Below are positions 37,929-53,869 of a stretch of DNA of 64,000 bases, one piece after another. The notes beneath the pieces are model-generated. The model had not been told where the DNA came from and made no database searches. It saw only the letters and a program-made list of their open reading frames with translations. Within the stretch, counting starts at the first letter, position 1, and each line of letters starts with the position of its first letter. The DNA comes from Bispira polyomma (lineage: Eukaryota), in the NCBI GenBank assembly GCA_965649765.1, contig OZ287756.1, positions 5,394,001 to 5,458,000 of the forward strand, read 5' to 3'. The translations under genes and the position numbers were made by a program.

Positions 37929-40900
37929 ATTATGCCTGCATCACATCCAAACACCATCACACAACATCAGGCATCGTCGGAAGAAATGTGAGATTCATGC
38001 AAAAAATTGAAATTTTCCAGTCCAGCCCCGTCATCACCCAAAAATATTGCAAAGAACTATTTTTTTTCCATTACCTAATGTCAATTTTACTGTAAATCAA
38101 TTTCACTTCCCTTCCTCTGAAGTCCTTCTCCTCGCCCCTGAGTTGTCTCCAATCGACAAGGCCCTGCCACGCTTCTCCATTTCAATTCATCATGCAATGT
38201 TGAAAAATGTCCCAAAAAGTTTTATTACCTCGCTTTAACCATCAGACTATTCCTGTGACCGTCCCCTACCATATGCTGCTTTTCCTGTCTGTCTCTAAAT
38301 TTCACTATATGTCATTGAATGTCATACAATTTTTATTTTCTCTTGCCCTTTTCCCCCATTTACCCTCCGTCATGAGCCTTTAGTGAAATTTATATGCTGC
38401 CCCCGCAAGTGTCCTTCCATCAGCATCCATTATTTGAACTAACCTTTTCAATCCATCGTGCAACATTGAAGAATGTCCTAAGAAGTGTCATAACCTCGCT
38501 TTAACCGTCATACTATTCCTGTGACCGTCTCCTACCATATGCTGCTTTTCCTGTCTTTCACTATATGTCACTGACTGCCATACAATGTTTACTTCTCTTG
38601 CCCTTTTTTAACCATTTATCCTCCGTCACGAACCTTCAATGAGATTTACATGCTGCCCCTCTAAGTGTCGTTTTATCAGCTTCCGTCATTTGAACTAACC
38701 CTTTAAATTCGTCCCCAAAAGCCAGGAACCATTGCACTCTGTTACATTATGTCCCAAACAGCAAGAAAATTCTGTTACTAACTTTTTGTTCCAGCTTCTC
38801 TCTTCCGCATACTTCTCTATGACAGTTTCCCTACTTCTGACTAAGTGGCCCAGAACTTCACCTCCTGTCACACACCCTTTCTTTATATCCATAACCCTCA
38901 ACTCTCTTTCTTGCAAGTCTATAACCGTTGAATCAGGTCACTGAGCATAATTTTTTTTTCCTGTCCGTTCACGTAAAATTATCCACATAAAAGGACAGCC
39001 ACTCTGGATTTTTTTGGCATTTAAATTTTTGCAAGGACAGGAATACATGATAATTAGACGAATGCAATTGTTTCTACATGCTTATGTTGCTGTGCTTGCA
39101 GGACACCAAAACATGGGCACGATGTTGTGTTATGGATGAATGCTGCAGGTGCCAGGAGAAGGCGGTTACACAGAAGTTCTTGGACTAGATGTTGAATACT
39201 CAAGAGACCTGGATATGGTCTGTATTAGAACTTATTTGGGGGCTTAGAGAGGAATGATCTTATATCTTACAGGAACTTCACTAGATGCGCACCAGACTTA
39301 TTCCAGTTCATATTATAGAGAACCACACCACATATCCAAAGAACTGCAAACAACTTCAGGCCTCCTGGCAGGCCAGGGCTGGTATTCTCGAACGTATACT
39401 CAGCTTAAACTCATACTCAACTCAAATACAGGCCATGTGAAAATCATTGTACATGGAAATAACCTATACTTGTGACCATTCATTTTAATAGAGCTTTCAA
39501 CACTGAATTCAAATATGAAGTCAGATTTTGGATATTTTTGCTGTATCCAGAGCTATAGAGAGTCCAGATTTGAGCTGAGTATGAGTTTAAGCTGAGTATA
39601 CGTTCGAGAATACCAGGCCAGGGGCACAGTTAGAACCAGACCTAAGATATAAGAATATCAGATATCTTGCCTCTAGCAGTATACACAGTGACATGCAGAT
39701 CTTGGTCTTTGATTTTGTCCGAAAAGATTTTTATTTTGGTCTTAGATCTAACAACATTTATTAGCTCACTGTTAACATTTTCTCTTAACACTAAAACAAA
39801 CAGTATGCAAGTGTTAAACATTTTAGACCCTTTTGAGAATACGGCCCCAGTAAACTAAATTTAAAGGGGCGAATATACCTGTTCAAATCTGTCATACGAA
39901 AAATTGAATAAAATTATTTCACTTTCCTGTCCGCCATCCAAAAAAAGGCGTATCTTACTTCTGTGTTTTCTTAGACTATAATATTTTTTCAAATGATGGA
40001 AACGGACGTTGGATGACGGATTTGAAAGCAAAATCGGATAGGTGTATTCACCCCTTAAGATTCTGATTCACCCAGCATTCTGTGGCGAACTAAGGCTATT
40101 GTTAAGCACTGGCACCCTAAAAGGAGCGCCGTTTCGACATCTAGCCCCAGTGATTACTTGGTGTGGCCGTTTTGACACCAAAAGAATAAATGTTTTAGTG
40201 TCAAAATTGCCACACCAACTACACACCAATGCAAATATATCATCGAGGCTGTCAAAATGGCCCACCTTAGTTGATTCAAATCAAAAGACCCCAAAGGCAA
40301 GTTGTTAGCATTATGAGGGATTCCATGCATATACAGGCTTCACAAAGTGAGTTCTCAGCATTACAAGAGCTTTCATGCATATACAGGCCTCACAAAGTGA
40401 GTTTTTAGCGTTACGAGGGCTTCCATGCATATACAGGCTTCACAAAGCGAGTTGTTAGCATTACGAGAGCTTTCATGCATATACAGGTCTCACAAAGACA
40501 GCTCTTAGCATTACGAGGGCTTCCATGCATATACAGGCCTCACAAAGCGAGTTGTTAGCATTAAGAGGGTTATCATGCATATACAGACCCCAGTTAATGT
40601 TAACCATACTTTTTTGAGATTTCAAACCAAAAAGCAGTTTCAGTTGGTCTGTGAGCAGCAACTGAATGAAGGTCAGTACTAACAACAATACAAATACCAA
40701 TATAACTCCCCCGAACAATACTCTCCTGCAATATCTATAATTTTTCATTTTTCAGAAAAATAACACCGTGACATCGGCAAGAATGGGAGGCAAAGCCAAA
40801 AGATTTTGAACATGTTCAAAATGTCCATGGGTGGTCGGCTCTGAAAGCACATCTTGAGAGAACTGGACAAAAGGGGTGTGGTCGTGGCATAAACAGGGCT

Positions 40901-43039
40901 TAAACTGCTTAGAAACTTGATCTGGCCAGACCTGGAGTAATTTGCTGTAATCTGGAGCAAACGTTACATTCACGTGTGACGAACTGCTTAGGTCAGCGTA
41001 GGTCTGGGCATAAATTTGTCATAAACTGGTAAGATCTGGTCAAAACTGGCATATCCTGGCCATAAACGGGGCTGATCAGGGCATAAACGGGGGATTCAAA
41101 TATATGCAAATAAACATTTCGCCGCCTTTCTCTCCCGACCAGCCAAGTTCTAATGGTGAGAGTATAACAAAAAATCTATCTATGTATTTATCTATGCCGG
41201 ATCAATACTTGTATTGCATCACAAGGCTTCACCATGAGTATTGTGTACAAATATGACGTTCTACAGAGATTTCAAATAGTGTGACGTCACAATGCAAGAA
41301 TCGTCGTAGAATTCTATGAGTATTTTATTCACTTTGTGACAAACTATATCAGCGACGTATTTGTGTGTTTACGTTACTTAACCCTTAAAGTCACTTTATT
41401 ATTGCAGTACATTTTTTCTTCTGCATTGAATTAAAAAAAATTAGCTACAAACTTTTAACATATATTGTGTTTTCTTTGTGTTTTCATTGCATTAGGTCAC
41501 TAAAGACAATATAGAGGTTGTTTATATTTCCCATTTTTCTGGGGCTGTATTCACTAAGATGGATCAAGCTGAGCGAAAAATCAGCTCAAGATCAGCTCAG
41601 GATTAAGATTAGCTCAAAAAAAGGCTCAGCTGATCTTTGGATCAAATCAGTATTCACAGAGCAAGGATCAGCTGAGCCAAAAATTAGATAATTTTTAAAC
41701 AACAAAAACACAAGTTTAAGTTTTTATACATATTAAACAGCTGTTTTATGAATTAATTTCCATTTAGATTATATTTTTATGCATTATGTTAATTATTGTA
41801 AGCAAAAGAATATTTTAAATATTTTGGTTTTAATCCAAAAACTTAAGCTCCGCCCACTTTTGATCCTTGAAAAATACACAAAACATAGCCTCTTTTCACA
41901 ACAATTTAAACCAACAAAGAACTGTAAATAGCTACTCTTAAAATAACATATGTAAATTTAAAGAATCCGAGATAATTTATCAAGGATTAATTTTATGAAC
42001 GCATTGTTAGTTTGTTTATTACAAAGCTCCAAACTTTGATCCAAATCTTGATCCACCAAAATGGATGGATCATAGTTGAGCCAAAAGCTTAACATTTTAG
42101 TGAATACCAAATTTAATCTGATCCAAAAATTTGAGCTAATTTTTGGCTCAGCTAATTTTTGGCTCAACTTGAGCTGATTTTTCGTTGATCCCTTTTGTGA
42201 ATCCCTGGTCACCATTTTTTTGCTTTTATTTCAGTTAAATCAGTTTATTCACCCTTTTTTTACAGTATTTAATTTTGCTGACTACCGGGGAGGCGAGCGT
42301 GGAAACCTTCCATCGGTGTCTCACAGTATGATTCATACACAGTATGAATACATAAATACATTAAATTGTTAATTTTATGTTGATATAACTAAATTTTTTT
42401 TTTACACAAAAGACTAAAGACACAACACTACAATACTACAGAATAGTTTGTGTATATTCAACTAACTTATTAAAAAATTCATATTTTTCCATTTCTGCAT
42501 GTGACACACAAGACCTAACAAATAAGTACATTTATTTGTTTTTCATTCAAATAGCACTTGAAAATATAAAAGTTTGCTTGTAGAATTAAAGTGTTAACTT
42601 CTCTGTGGTGTAAAAGATTTTTTAAATTGTATTCCGAAGTTATATTTCTCAAACTAAAAAATATGACATATTCTTTATAAAATTTTCCCCAAGTTTTAAA
42701 TAAATTTAACCAGTATGTTTTAACTTGTGAACATTTATAAAATAGATGCTCAATAGTATGGGTTTCTGTGCTGCATATGTATCAATTTGGTTCACTTCTT
42801 TTTTCATTTGATAAAGCAAATTTGTCTGTGCTAATAAACCGAAAAATATCTTGCATTGCATTTCTTTTACTTTATTGATAGCTTATTGTACTATTGTAAA
42901 AGTTAGTGAACATACAATATCTTCATTGCTTTTGTTTTATCTTTCCTCCAAATATTGGCGACAAAAGATGATCATCTGCCTGACTACAACTTCCCCTGAT
43001 ATAAGCATTGCACATAACAACATTGGATTTTGACTTAAG

Positions 43040-44480
43040 CTCTGACTTATTTTTACCACCCGAGCTACTAGAACTACCTTCATGATGTGTACTGTCCTTA
43101 TGGGTACGCTGTGTTAACCTTGATCTGAGGTCATGGATCTCAAATTCAAATTTTTACACTTAACTCTGCCCTTCTCCATTTATAATAATATCTGACAGTG
43201 AGCACTCTCTACAGTGTACCACGAGGTCTCTAAGCCATCGCCCATAAGCTGCATACCATACTTGAGCATGTTATTTCTAACCTTCTCATCCCTTTCCTCA
43301 TGTATACAGCCTAAATACCCTTGAAACCACATGACCTGCTTTTTACCTGAGATATTATAACAGAGCTCATGGGGCCAATTTATTACATGCTTTACATTGT
43401 GTTCGGAAGTTCTTTGAAGCTCTGATTTAACTTCTTACCACTTTCCTCGGGTGATCTGTAGAGCTGTGAGCTATGCCTATGCAACCGCTTGTCCACCTGC
43501 GCCTGGATCTGCTTATTGGATTTTAAGTACCTCTGGCTGGGTAGAATTACATCGTCCTGGTCATCATAGTCAGCATGGAATTCTGGGTCATAATCTGGTT
43601 GGTTTTTACACCTGCGTTGTGGGATATTAACAGACAGTTCCTCATCTGACTGGATGTCAGGACGATAACCACGTCGCACAGGTGAACTCTGCAGACTCTG
43701 TGAGCATCTGCAGACAACTTGTAGTCCCGATCCCTCCTCACATAGCTCATTTTGTTCTCCAACCGATTTAACTTCGCCAGTATTATATACAATTTGCTAG
43801 ACTGTTCAGTTTCTCCTGGTACCTGCTCTTCCTGGGTAATCCGGCTGGTGCCGAGGGCTCCATCACTGGGTCTGCTGTCCTCTTCCTGGGTCCTCTTCTG
43901 ACTGCTGATGACAGGGAGTGTATCCATATGATTTAAAATACATTGCCTTCCCACAGGCCTGTGATGCACGGTCGTACACTTTTTACAATAGGCAGTCTTT
44001 AATGACATTTTTGTTTCCTAAAATGGTCTATGTATTGTCTGAACACTGTAAAATAAAACGTGAGGTGCTGCAGGTTATGCTTGCCAGAAAGGGAAGTGTG
44101 TGTAAATTATAAAATAAAATGATGAAAGCAAAAGCTTTCAGATAAAACACGCTAAGCGTGGAAAGAAAATATTGGTACACGTCTCTTTATGATAGGCTGA
44201 ATAAGCCAAAACAAGCATAAATTACAGAGTCCCCCCAAGCACAACGACTCAGCATGTCTCCCAGCTAGCAACTAATGACCCTGAGGCTCTTAAACAGGGG
44301 GTTTTATAGTTGTTGCTTTCCCTAACACACAACTTGGAATGACCCATTACTAGAATGGGGTGAGGGGTGAAGGGTTTATGTTTCTAAAAGGGAAGGAGGG
44401 TGTCCACCTCGGACTGACCTTAAGTGCTGCGCAGCTTACTCACAAAATAACTTATTAGCAATAACCCCCGGCTCCGACAA
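43040..44480 (-). mobile_element. DIRS/Ngaro-like ORF1 remnant, unit-2 copy
   Basis: Duplicate of 15420-16870. Confidence 0.6.
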
Positions 44481-44972
44481 TGATCCCTTGCTTTAACAAG
44501 TTAAGGTGGGTATAACCCTCACTTAAGGTAAGCTTACCTGAACTTAAATTTTAAGTGTTAAGGTTATTATTTGATATTAGCCACACATTTTAACATTACT
44601 TAATATCTGAAATATTAAGTAAAGATGACACTAAAATTTATGTATAACCCATTGGTATACATATTGGCACTGGAAGATACGACAACACATATATGCACTT
44701 GTCTGTATTGTTCAGAACTTGCGTGGAGTATTTTTGTAACCTTGATCCTGCACTATAAATCACATTCATACAACACCAATGTTCAGTACCAAAGTATGTA
44801 ATAACAATGCTAGACATTCGTCATTAACCTTTAAGAAGATGACGTTTTGCATTGCTCTTTTTTTCTTTGTAAAAGTACCAAATTCCTATTGAGTTCACTG
44901 CAAATTTGTGTATAAAATGAGGTAGTTTGTACTGGTATCTAATCACTCCATTGGTTGTTTGACTACACTACA

Positions 44973-45065
44973 ATGCTGAAGCTGCTTGTGTTGAGCCTGT
45001 TTTTGCTGGCTGGTCTGAATGATGCTGGACCTCTGCAACAAAGGATTCTTGGTGAAGAGAATGAG
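44973..45065 (+). CDS. Cys/Tyr/Pro-rich prepropeptide copy 3, exon 1
   Basis: Same MLKLLVLSLFLLAGLNDAGPLQQRILGEENE|GTGGGT; TATAAAA at 44911-44917. Confidence 0.8.
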
Positions 45066-46905
45066 GTGGGTGTTTGTATTGTATGTTTGTGTTTGTATTA
45101 GTTTCGAACCAGCGAGACGAACACACTACAACTGTTATTGTATTTATCAGTGAGTATACGTTTCCACTTTGTTTCAGATTCGTCTTCATTCAGAGCACTT
45201 TGTTTATATCCTTGATTATTAGTGAGCATTAGTGGATATGCCACGTATATTTTGGGATGTTTAAAACATTTCTGTTAAAAAGCTATTTCATAAGGGGTTT
45301 TGTCAATTTTTTCCAGTAGCAAGGTGTGGTTGGCTCGTTTTGCATTAGTGTCAATTAGTAGCAGTTAGATACAAATTGTTGGTATTGGTGAGGAATTATT
45401 GTGTATTCAGTAGTGTTTATGATGTCTTTGTTTCTCATGGGTGGGCATTAGTGTGTATTCAGTAGTGTTTATGATGTCTTTGTTTCTCATGGGTGGAGAT
45501 TAGTGTCAGTCGGTAGGTGTTAGTGTAGGTATATGTCAGTTTTGTAGCCCAAGCTTGTGTCAGATTGTTACAAATATGCCACAACTTTGCGGCGGTGGGT
45601 TGGAGTGATGAGGAGGTCTCTTCGTGAACAATAGGCCACGAACCAGAATTTACTATATACACCAAAACGGCTGAATATTTGTCTATATCTGACCAAGCCA
45701 TAAATGCAGGAAAAATTAAACTTTTAACATAGATATTTTCCTTGGTGCCTGTATTTTAAATATAATCCAGGTATTTTTCATTCAGTACAGGGCACTACCA
45801 TCTTAGAAAAAAATATGTAAGGCCTTTATGGTTGGAAGCAATCAACTGGTCCAAACTGAGGGGTGTGACATTATTGTTAATTTATCAAGCATCAATTTGC
45901 TTAGGATAACTTATTATTCATCAATCAGAGATTTTTACTTGTTATAGCAATTAGGAACTCTAGTACTTTATTTCAAGCAAAATATTTTTAGAATTCACTC
46001 AAAACATTTAGCTTTTCTGTTAACTTTAATGAAGAATGTCCACGTTAGCTAGTGTGTATGTTATCTTTATGCTGGGACAGCATACATGTGCATATTGCAA
46101 CTAAAGGAGCTGAACTTGTTTTCAATCAAAATTTAGCAAATCCATCAGAACTTTTCAGTTTCATCAGGCATGAAATATAGTAAATGTCTAAGTTCGAATT
46201 AGTGTCAAAACATTGATATCACAAGCAAATAGCATCTATTAAATGTAATAATCTAATGATAAGATCATTCTCTTGATCGCATCAAATGCAGTCAGATAAA
46301 AAATATTGAAAGCCACTCATGATTTTTGTGAAAATAATGATTAGAGATTTAAAATACAAAAGTATATTAAAATATTCTTATTAATACACTAATATAAAAT
46401 ATACATTTCACATACACACAATAATTTTTGCACACATATTACATTAACATAAAGTACTGAATACCATTATGAATCTATGAAGAATTGTATCAAGGGATAT
46501 TAATTAATGTAAAGACAAAACGTATTAAACGATACGATTGACAACACGCCCCCCCCAAAAAAAAAAAAAAAAAAAATGAGATTAATATATTTTATTATTA
46601 CAACTAAACATTTCTTGTTGCATATATATATAGATATTTATATATCTATATAGTATGGCATAACAAGGTGAATTTATAATAGTAAGAATTCTGTTAAGCT
46701 GAGAGCATTATATATTATTATTATTAATATTATCATTATTATTATTATTATTATGACATTATTTCTAACTTGTTCATAATGTGCTCATTCAGCACAGATA
46801 CATTCTTCCCATATACATATTTCAAAAAAGTATAAGCCGGTGATAAGAAAATAACCTGTATTTTTTCAAGTGAATTACACATAAGCCTGTACATCAATCT
46901 GTACA

Positions 46906-46907
<2 letters not shown>

Positions 46908-46990
<83 letters not shown>
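46908..46990. repeat. (TA)n microsatellite, much longer than its homologue at ~19353-19373
   Basis: Directly visible. Confidence 0.9.
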
Positions 46991-46992
<2 letters not shown>

Positions 46993-48403
46993 AAATGTCG
47001 TCCAGGTATATATATTTTTTTAATTAAAACTTACAAAATATGGACAGCTGCAGTGAAACGAATCTTCTATCGTATTTAGACAAAACCATGTGAAATACAG
47101 ACATAAGTTAGTAATCAAACCAACATATTAAGAACATATTGGAAACATAAAAAGCCACTTGGAAACAGAACTGTATATGTCACAGAATCTTAACATATGT
47201 CACAGAATCTTAACACATGTCAAAGGTCTCCAGTTAAGATTAGGAACATTTAAGCTAGCGGTAAAGATGGGCAGATACAAGAAACAAAAATGTGGACATA
47301 TGGAGTGAGAAAGCACATGTAAAATCATGCATTATTATCGGCTTGTTATCAGCTTATTATCTTGTTATCAGCTTATATATAACACTTATTGTGGTAATTT
47401 TAATGTAACTGTTTTGTGGACTGTGGACAATAAATGAGCCTTGTTGGATCATTAACTTCGTAAAATGATACTAATATGTAGTTGTTATGTAGAAAAGTCA
47501 TTTTTGAATGTAAATTACACACATACACCCAACCAAAACGAAAGATCTCAGCACATAGAAAATAATAGAAGTCTTTGTGTTTCATCCCTTGTTTTAAAAA
47601 TTGGGGTAAAAAAAATCATGGTAACCTTGACTTTGTGTTAAAGTCACCTCAAAGCTTAAAGCTTTTCTTGGGGGATAATGAAAACTCAAGTTAAGGTTAA
47701 CATACCTAATTAATCTATTGTTTTCAAAATTGGGTTAAAACAAATCATGGTGGCCTTAACTTGATGTTAAGGTCTCCTCAAGTTGAGTTTAACTTAAAAT
47801 TGTTCTAGAAGTAATTTAATTTTGGACCTTAAGTTTGGGCCTTAAAAATAACTTGAGGCCATTGTAAATTGTACTAACATGTAATGTACAATGTTAGTAT
47901 TTGTTTAACAACGGCATTGTAGTAAGTTGGATGTCCAACATGTGTCCTTGGTTGTTTACCTCTTTTGATCTGAAACTCCTCTCCATTATCCTGCATTTTT
48001 AAATGGCACCCTGTGCAATGCTTGTAAACATGTCTTTTGGGCACTGTATCAAATGCATAATACACTGTAGATAAAGTTCGGCTGTTCAATCTTTCTGTGG
48101 TAGGTTTCTGGCGGACAAAAAATTGTGTGATTATTGTGTAATTATTTTCTCAGAGTGGCTTTTGTTTTGCAAACTAACTTTTTATGCATGTGTATTTGAT
48201 GGAAGAGCTAAAACACAAAACCATGTGGTACACATTTTAAGTATCCATGGTGTGATTTTAATAGAAATGGTTCATTATTTTACAATAGAACTAAACTATT
48301 TCAGCTCGAAAATTAAGCTCATTTTAAATGATCAATGGAGTTGGATAAATGCATGAGGTCAAAAACACTTGTTTGCATTATATAATTCCTATAATAATTG
48401 TAG

Positions 48404-48724
48404 GTGGATCACGTGAGAGACAAGAGAGCCAGTGGACTGTTCTACTGTTACTACCTGGCTCATCACCTGTGTGACCACTACATTCCCACCTGTAGTTCTT
48501 ACACAATCTCCTATGTGTGTGCCCATGTCATAAATGTTCCCTCCGCTTACAACCCTCCCTGCTATTACTACGGCTACTACTACTACACCTGCTGTTGCTA
48601 CAGATACACCTGCAACAACCCCCCAACTCCAGCCCCACCGACACCCGCCCCACCGCCACCTTCCCCACCATCCCCACCAATCCCTCCAATCCCACCATTC
48701 AGGGAGGAAATTGAAATTCCTTGA
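48404..48724 (+). CDS. Cys/Tyr/Pro-rich prepropeptide copy 3, exon 2
   Basis: Same acceptor and frame. Differs from copy 1 by Y>H, S>P, F>I; all 9 Cys and RDKR kept. Confidence 0.85.
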   Translation: MDHVRDKRASGLFYCYYLAHHLCDHYIPTCSSYTISYVCAHVINVPSAYNPPCYYYGYYYYTCCCYRYTCNNPPTPAPPTPAPPPPSPPSPPIPPIPPFREEIEIP

Positions 48725-50499
48725 TTATAGTGAGAGCAAGAGAGAGGAAGAGGTGTGGTATGGAAGATCTGTGTCATGCCTCCATGTATGGCTGAAATAT
48801 ATTGAACTTAGTTCATGTAAATACTGATAAATAATTAATAAACATATCAGTCATATTACATTCCTTGTTTTCTTTAGTTGTTTAAGAGGAAGGCCTGCAA
48901 AAAACACAATGGCTTGAAAGATTTTTAGAGAAGAGCTAATGAATATAAACCTAACTCATAGTTACAGAGAAGAATACGTATCACAGAATCATTGCAGAAA
49001 TCAAAGGTCTCTCACTGCCCAATTCATATCTGGAATACTACTTCTGGCCTTTGAAACAGGAAGAAACAGATTTATCGAGTAGGATGTCTACTGTGTCATT
49101 TGAATTTTATAGAGGAATAACAGCATTTTAAAATTGATTGTACACTTTATGATAAAGTAGTTTAATTGTGTTGTCGGTAACGTGTGAGTAAATTTAAATC
49201 TCTTGAGTTTAGAAGAAACATTGATTAATTTAATGTCACTTGAAGACAAACATATTAAAATATTTCTGAATAAAAAAAAATGTGTAAATGAGGGAATGTA
49301 TAAACTTCTTTTAAAGAATTGAAGGCATCAAAAGATTATAAAACTGTGAATTTTACTATTTCTAATGGTATAGTTTTACACCTATCTCAGGACACACAGT
49401 GAATTGGTATATCATATTTAAAGTGACATATAAACCTTAAATTGGAGTGTTAAAATCAATAACTTTTGGTATAGATGTATGTGTACAACACATTGTCAGT
49501 ATAATCAAAGATTAATCAAAAATTAAAAAGTATAATAAATTTTGACCAGCCTTAAACACGGGTACTTCACTAAATTGTATGAAAACAGGCCATTAGTCTG
49601 GGAGATTTTTTGTGTATAGACTGTAGCACATAGAATTGGCATATGACATGTTTTGAACTATAACAATATTTGATTTTGATGTATTCTTGCAGTAAAGGCC
49701 AATTTTAATCAGTGCTGAGCTGGTATTCTCTAAATGAATCGTGCTTATACTCATACTCAACCCAAATAAAAGCTTGTGAACATGCTTGTAAATGACAATA
49801 ACCTATACTTGTGATCATACACCTTATTGGAGTCTTCAACACTGAATTCAAAAATGGAGTCAGATTTTATTTAGCTTTACTGTATCCAGAGTTATAGAGA
49901 ATTCAGGTGTTGAGTTGAGTAGGAGTTTGAGTATACGCTTAAGCAAAACATGAGACCTGCTTTATTTAGTGATGTCTTTTTGCAATATATTGATTATCAT
50001 TATTATGTTTACCATGAAACTCACACAATGATTTACGATAAATTAATACACACCTGCATTTTCCAAAACAACCTCAAACTTTATACAGTTATTGGAGATG
50101 TCAGTTGATTTACAATCATTACTGAAACATTACTGGACCTAGTAAACATTACTGGGCCAAGTCAATTTTATCGAATCACACTCAACTTCTCCTTGACCTT
50201 ATTTTTTGTACATTTTTTTTTATTTTGTTTTTTATAAATCAATACAACAGCACATTGCAATAGCATTATATTTGTAAAAAGTTACAAGGGTAGTAACATC
50301 TAACATCACAACACATTATTAATATGACTCTATGTTCAGATAAATAGATATACAGATCAATCACGTCATACAAAATTTTATGTAAACCTTATAAATATTA
50401 ATACATGTACTTCACATTGTCCACAAATTTGCTGTATTATTTCTATGCATTTATGACACGCTTCATTGATGTAACAGCATGATCAGCTAACCAATCATA

Positions 50500-51160
50500 T
50501 AGTTCATAAACATAGCCAGGTCGTAAGGAAGGATGTGGGGAGTACAGGAGAGAATTAAGGGTGATAAATGAGCACAGGCGAAGAGATTGATTTTTAAGGG
50601 GCTCCTAAAACACATTAGTCTTTCTAATGATCTGAGCTAAACTAGGAGACTGTTCCATAACATTGGAGCTGCTATGAAGAAAGCTCTAGATCAAGCTTTC
50701 TTGGTAACAGAGGAAACAGAAAGTTGATTATACTTCAGGTTGCTGAGAGAAAGAGGTGAAGTTGATTATACTTCAGGTTGCTGAGAGAAAGAAGTACAGC
50801 TAGGTGGGGGAGCTTTTAAGTGACAACAGCTTTGGAATTGGTGGCATGTATTTTTAACATTATTCTATAGTGAAGGGGAAGCCAATGTAGTTTCTGTACA
50901 TAAGTGACACATTCACTCAAGCACTAATCAGGCAATACATGTGGAAATTGTATTGTATTGGATATTTAACACACCTTATTGATAATATGCATCTCCTAAA
51001 GCGCCACCACCGAATCAGTAAACCAAAATATTAGTCCAAAAACATTTTCAAGGTCATAAGGAAGGATGTAGGGATGTACAGGGAAAAAACTATGGGAGTA
51101 GGCGAGTTTTAAAAGATGGGTTTTAAGTTTTTTCTAAACCTAGATAGTGTTTTAATCAAT
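50500..51160 (-). mobile_element. two decayed L2 3'-end fragments
   Basis: Reverse complement matches the ORF end and 3'UTR of the L2 at 60840-61270 (AAPxLWNSL region; cttccttacgac tail motif). Confidence 0.6.
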
Positions 51161-51309
51161 TTTAGCTTAACTTAAATTTTAGGTAAACGAAAATTAAATC
51201 TTGATTATTCCTAATTAACTGTCAAATTTAGACAGTAGCACTCGCAACACTCTCAGCATTCTCATCTATATATCAGTGTTGATTTGATTTCATTTTTTTT
51301 TCCAAAGTC

Positions 51310-51900
51310 GTTGGACCATGAATATTTAGTTTCCAATGGGTGGTTTGGACCATGATGTTCTCAGTTTCCAAAGGATGGTTTAAACCATGACTCCTTTAGT
51401 TTTCACTGGGTGGTTTGAACCATGACTCTTCCAGTTTCCAGAGACCAGGACTCTTTAGTTCCCAATGGATTATTTAGATCATGACTCTTTCAGTTTCCAA
51501 TGGGTGACTAGAACCATGACTCCTTCAGTTTCTAATGGGTGGTTTGGACCATGTCTTGTTCAATTTTCTATGGGTGGCCTGGACCATGACTCGTTCAGTT
51601 TCCGATGGGTGGTTTGGGCCATGACTCTTTCAGTTTTCAATGGGTGGTTACGACCATAACTCTTTCAGTTTCCAATGAGTGCTTTGGACCATGACTATTT
51701 CAGTTTCCAATGGGTGACTAGAACCATTAGCCCAATGGGTGGTTTGGTCCATGGCTCTTTCAGGCTCCAATGCGTAATATGGAACTAGGGTTTGTTCATA
51801 GTACATTTGCCTGCTGGTCCCATGACTCTTTTACTTTCCAATCGGTGGTTTGGACTATGACGCTTTAAGTTTCCAATAATTGGCTGGGCCCATGACTTTA
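51310..51900. repeat. 35-bp minisatellite (shorter homologues at ~7990-8220 and ~28890-29120)
   Basis: Unit ACCATGACTCTTTCAGTTTCCAATGGGTGGTTTGG. Confidence 0.85.
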
Positions 51901-53869
51901 GTTGCTATTGACAGCCTTATGTTTGTCACAAATGTTATGCCAATTGTAGAACACATAGCCACCCAACACATAATAACAAAGTTCTTCAGTAATAATGGCA
52001 CTGGCTTCTGCTGCTAAAACTAGTATTGGGCACTACAGCAGTGATTATGTTTAGAGAACAAAATGGTAAGAATGCATCTGTGCTGGATCATGAGTCAAAT
52101 AATAGTCTATATAAGAATTATTATTTACTTAAATCTAAAACCAAATGTGACTGAAAAACACTAGTAAGAGACATTTTAAGGAAAGCCATATTTCTGACTA
52201 ACACTGTCAACACCTCTTTAACTTGCTGATACATATTTAGACATCCCATCCATTCGCAGTTTTCCTCGGTTAAAAACAAGGACCAAAGTGACTGGTATGG
52301 CTGCAATTTACAAAATTGCCATTAATCATACTTTCCCTTCAGGAAGATAAATAGTGAAAATAATGATTTTATAGACATGTTTTTGCCTTTGCTCAAGACA
52401 GCGCTATTTTTTTGAAGGATCAATATAAGCTAAATGTCAATATCGAGAAATCAAAGAAAAGTGTCATGCAAAGTATTTGTTCTCTTTAAAATACCCTGTT
52501 GTATCAATCAAATAGTGTTAGAAACATCTGCTGGTCTCTTACTAATGTGGGTTCAAACCCTTTTGTACCTTGATGTTCAGAAGTTTGTCAGGTACTTGCA
52601 TTAGGTCAGTGGTTTACAGTGTTATAACAGTGGTTTGTTCCAGCAGTGAATTTGACCATTATGATCAAACTCCTTGGCTCCTTGCACCCTTTGTTATCGT
52701 CAATCTTCTACATAGTGGAACAATTTGAAAAAATTGGCAATAGACTTGCTATAACCTGGTATTTTGAAATGTTTACCATTTAGCCAAATTTTATCAATAA
52801 TAAACTGCCTATTGTGGCATAACATAAATCTAATAAAGTAATGTTAAACTAACTAATTAAATTGAGAAGCCTGTAACAAGACAATATTGATGTCAGCATA
52901 CATATATATTTGGCAAATTCATGAAAAGTCGAATCACTTTTCAGCTGGAAGACAACCTCAAACCAATTACACATTTTATATGACCATATGTGACCAACGT
53001 GGAAGTTGTTTTAGTATACTTATATAATGAGTATACCGATACTAGTATTTGCACCAATAATACAACATGAGTTTAATAATGATGAAATGTATGGTATATT
53101 GTCACTTTTGATATTTTCACAAAAACACATGTATATAGTTTAACTTTAAAGGCACAAACGGCTCTGTCTATTTATACTTTTATATATAATGAAGATATTT
53201 TCATGATTTGATCTTTCACACATCTATTTCTAATCTAATTTTTTCACTGCCTTTCCACAGTCACAAAACAAGAAGCCATAATTATCAAGTAACTGAAGTA
53301 TAATGTGATTATTTTCTGTTGAATTGAATCATATATAAAGTGTATATGTTGCAGGTATTCCAGACAAGGTTGGCCTCATCACCCGTTTAGCCGTTAGATC
53401 TATCACATTGAGGAATTTACTTGTAATATAATAAGTATCTTCGATAGTGACAAATCAATGTACAGTTATAACAATAAATCACATGAAGTAATTTGGTAAT
53501 TAACAGTCCAGGTACATAATTAGGCTCATAGGGAAGGTATGGGTTGTGTGCTGAATGAAACCTTGAGACCAATTACATTGGCTGGCCAAGACAAGAATAT
53601 TTAACTTGAAGATGATGTGATTTTGAATGGAAGGCAGTGAAAATCTTTGAGACAAGTGGTGATTTGGCTTTGGGCACCTTAATTTAGATGTGGGGTTAAT
53701 CAGAGCATTTACTTAACTTTACTGTAGGAATATATAATTGTACATTGTATAATTGAATATACAAGTGAAACATTTAGTTAGTTAGCTCTGAACACTGCAC
53801 AGCATTGCAATTGATTTCTGGACTAGATTATTTACACAAGTTTTTAATTCCATGCAACAAAAACATCAA